Source: Anthoceros angustus (lineage: Eukaryota > Plantae > Anthocerotophyta). Taken from it: a stretch of DNA of 64,000 nt. Shown piece by piece: positions 63,056-64,000 of this stretch. A model generated the notes under the pieces. That model was not told the DNA's origin and made no database searches. It worked only from the letters and a program-made list of their open reading frames with translations. The translations under genes were made by a program, and so were the position numbers. Position 1 is the first letter of the stretch. Every line of letters starts with the position of its first letter. Location: assembly GCA_010909165.1 (NCBI GenBank), contig MU008190.1, forward strand, positions 407,166 through 471,165, given 5' to 3'.

Positions 63056-63650
63056 GTGACTCGCTTGCTGGCACTGCAGAAATTTGCTTACTACTTGCTA
63101 GCCGCTACCGCACCACGAGGACACATGGATTGGCTCATCCATGCACGACTTCAAGCAAAAGAGCCTCGGGAGCGGTACATAGCGACCATGTACTGATCCA
63201 TAGTCACCACCACGGTTGGCTATGGCGATCTCCATCCCGTGAACACGAGGAGATGGTGTTGACATCTTCTACATGCTCTTCAATCTGACTCACGGCCTGC
63301 ACTCGCAACATGACCAACCTCATCGTACATCACCGAATCAACTCGGCTATGTGAGTAGACCAAAACATACCTCTTGTGGTGCTGAAGTCGCCTGGGGTGA
63401 GCCTATGTGCATGCATAACATGATGTTCCACTTCTCCTCTTGCAGTGACTGCATGCAAGCGGTGTTCGATTCACCGAAACCCCCTGTCGCTGCAGAAGAG
63501 CAGGATGCTCTGCATTTGAAGTTCAAAGCGAGAGTCTGACAAACCACCTAGCTCCTCATGGCAATTCGCTCCAGATTGCCGAGATCCTGTTCATGCCTAT
63601 TGTGGCAGGCGTATTTGTTCAAGAATGTGTCGATGATTTGCTTCACCTCC
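63056..63650 (+). pseudogene. Shaker-type inward K+ channel (AKT1-like) fragment: S5-pore-S6 exon, intron, C-linker/start of cNMP-domain exon
   Basis: TWIGSSMHDFKQKSL..RYIATMY*SIVTTTVGYGDLHPVNTREMV.DIFYMLFNL...NMTNLIVH; GTGAGT donor 63351; TTGCAG acceptor 63445; then LHLKFKA.SL...MAIRS.IAEILFMPIV..AYLFKNVS.DLL. Confidence 0.88.
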
Positions 63651-63731
63651 AACCAATCTCCCGCCTTGCCCTTTCCGTCCCGAGGTTGTGTGCCAGGAGC
63701 AAATCATCTGAATGCCATCGCCATCTTGCAG

Positions 63732-64000
63732 GAAAGAAAAGTGAACATGTACGTGAAGTCAACTCCAGGACTTAAGCAGGCCCTGACAAGGGAGTATGAA
63801 CGACGTAAGGCACTGACAGGTTGGCAGATCTCTGATAGGTGTCCAGAGAGAAGCCTGCCCAAGGTGGCAGACTTAAGTCGTGAGGAATTGCGCATCGACA
63901 ATGAGATAGTTTGTTGGCAGAGTGATGAACAAGGAGTTCACCTTCTAGAGCTTTGTTCAGAATCGATTAGAAGTGGTGCTACTGCAGGGATCAAGTTAAG
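63732..64000 (+). CDS. Open frame to window end; probable start of a C5-cytosine methyltransferase domain (motif I) of the protease-bearing element
   Basis: ERKVNMYVKSTPG...IVCWQSDEQGVHLLELCS; with small indels the tail reads (G)LEVVLL(A)GIK(V)K, resembling the 'G..LLELFGGI..GL..VL.AG..V' SAM-binding motif. Confidence 0.5.

Noticed and set aside
62374-63288. Single 304-aa protein
   Set aside because: The last ~85 aa are an out-of-frame read-through into the K+ channel fragment.

Overview
Eukaryotic nuclear DNA from a land plant. Short GT-AG introns, high gene density and a PLS-PPR with elongated L motifs suggest a non-seed plant (hornwort, lycophyte or fern; inference). Bases 1-28 kb are gene-rich: a PLS-E+ PPR editing factor, a condensation-fold acyltransferase-like gene, a DUF7138-like gene, a GT37 xyloglucan fucosyltransferase, SGS3, a HESO1-like TUTase and a DUF599 gene. 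Bases 26.1-47.8 kb are an ~11-kb direct duplication whose copies differ mostly by small indels, so an assembly artefact is possible. From 31 kb onward the window is mostly retroelements. The main Ty3/gypsy family appears to have ~4.7-5-kb LTRs (TGTGG...CCACA) that carry a long ORF; a near-complete minus-strand member sits inverted inside a plus-strand solo LTR of the same family. The window ends in a second retroelement: a DTG protease followed by what looks like motif I of a C5-cytosine methyltransferase, interrupted by an orphan Shaker K+ channel fragment. Indel noise is heavy beyond ~26.5 kb, so frameshifts there cannot be read as true pseudogenisation and protein readings there were reconstructed by eye across frames. 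All family assignments are from motif recognition; no searches were run.
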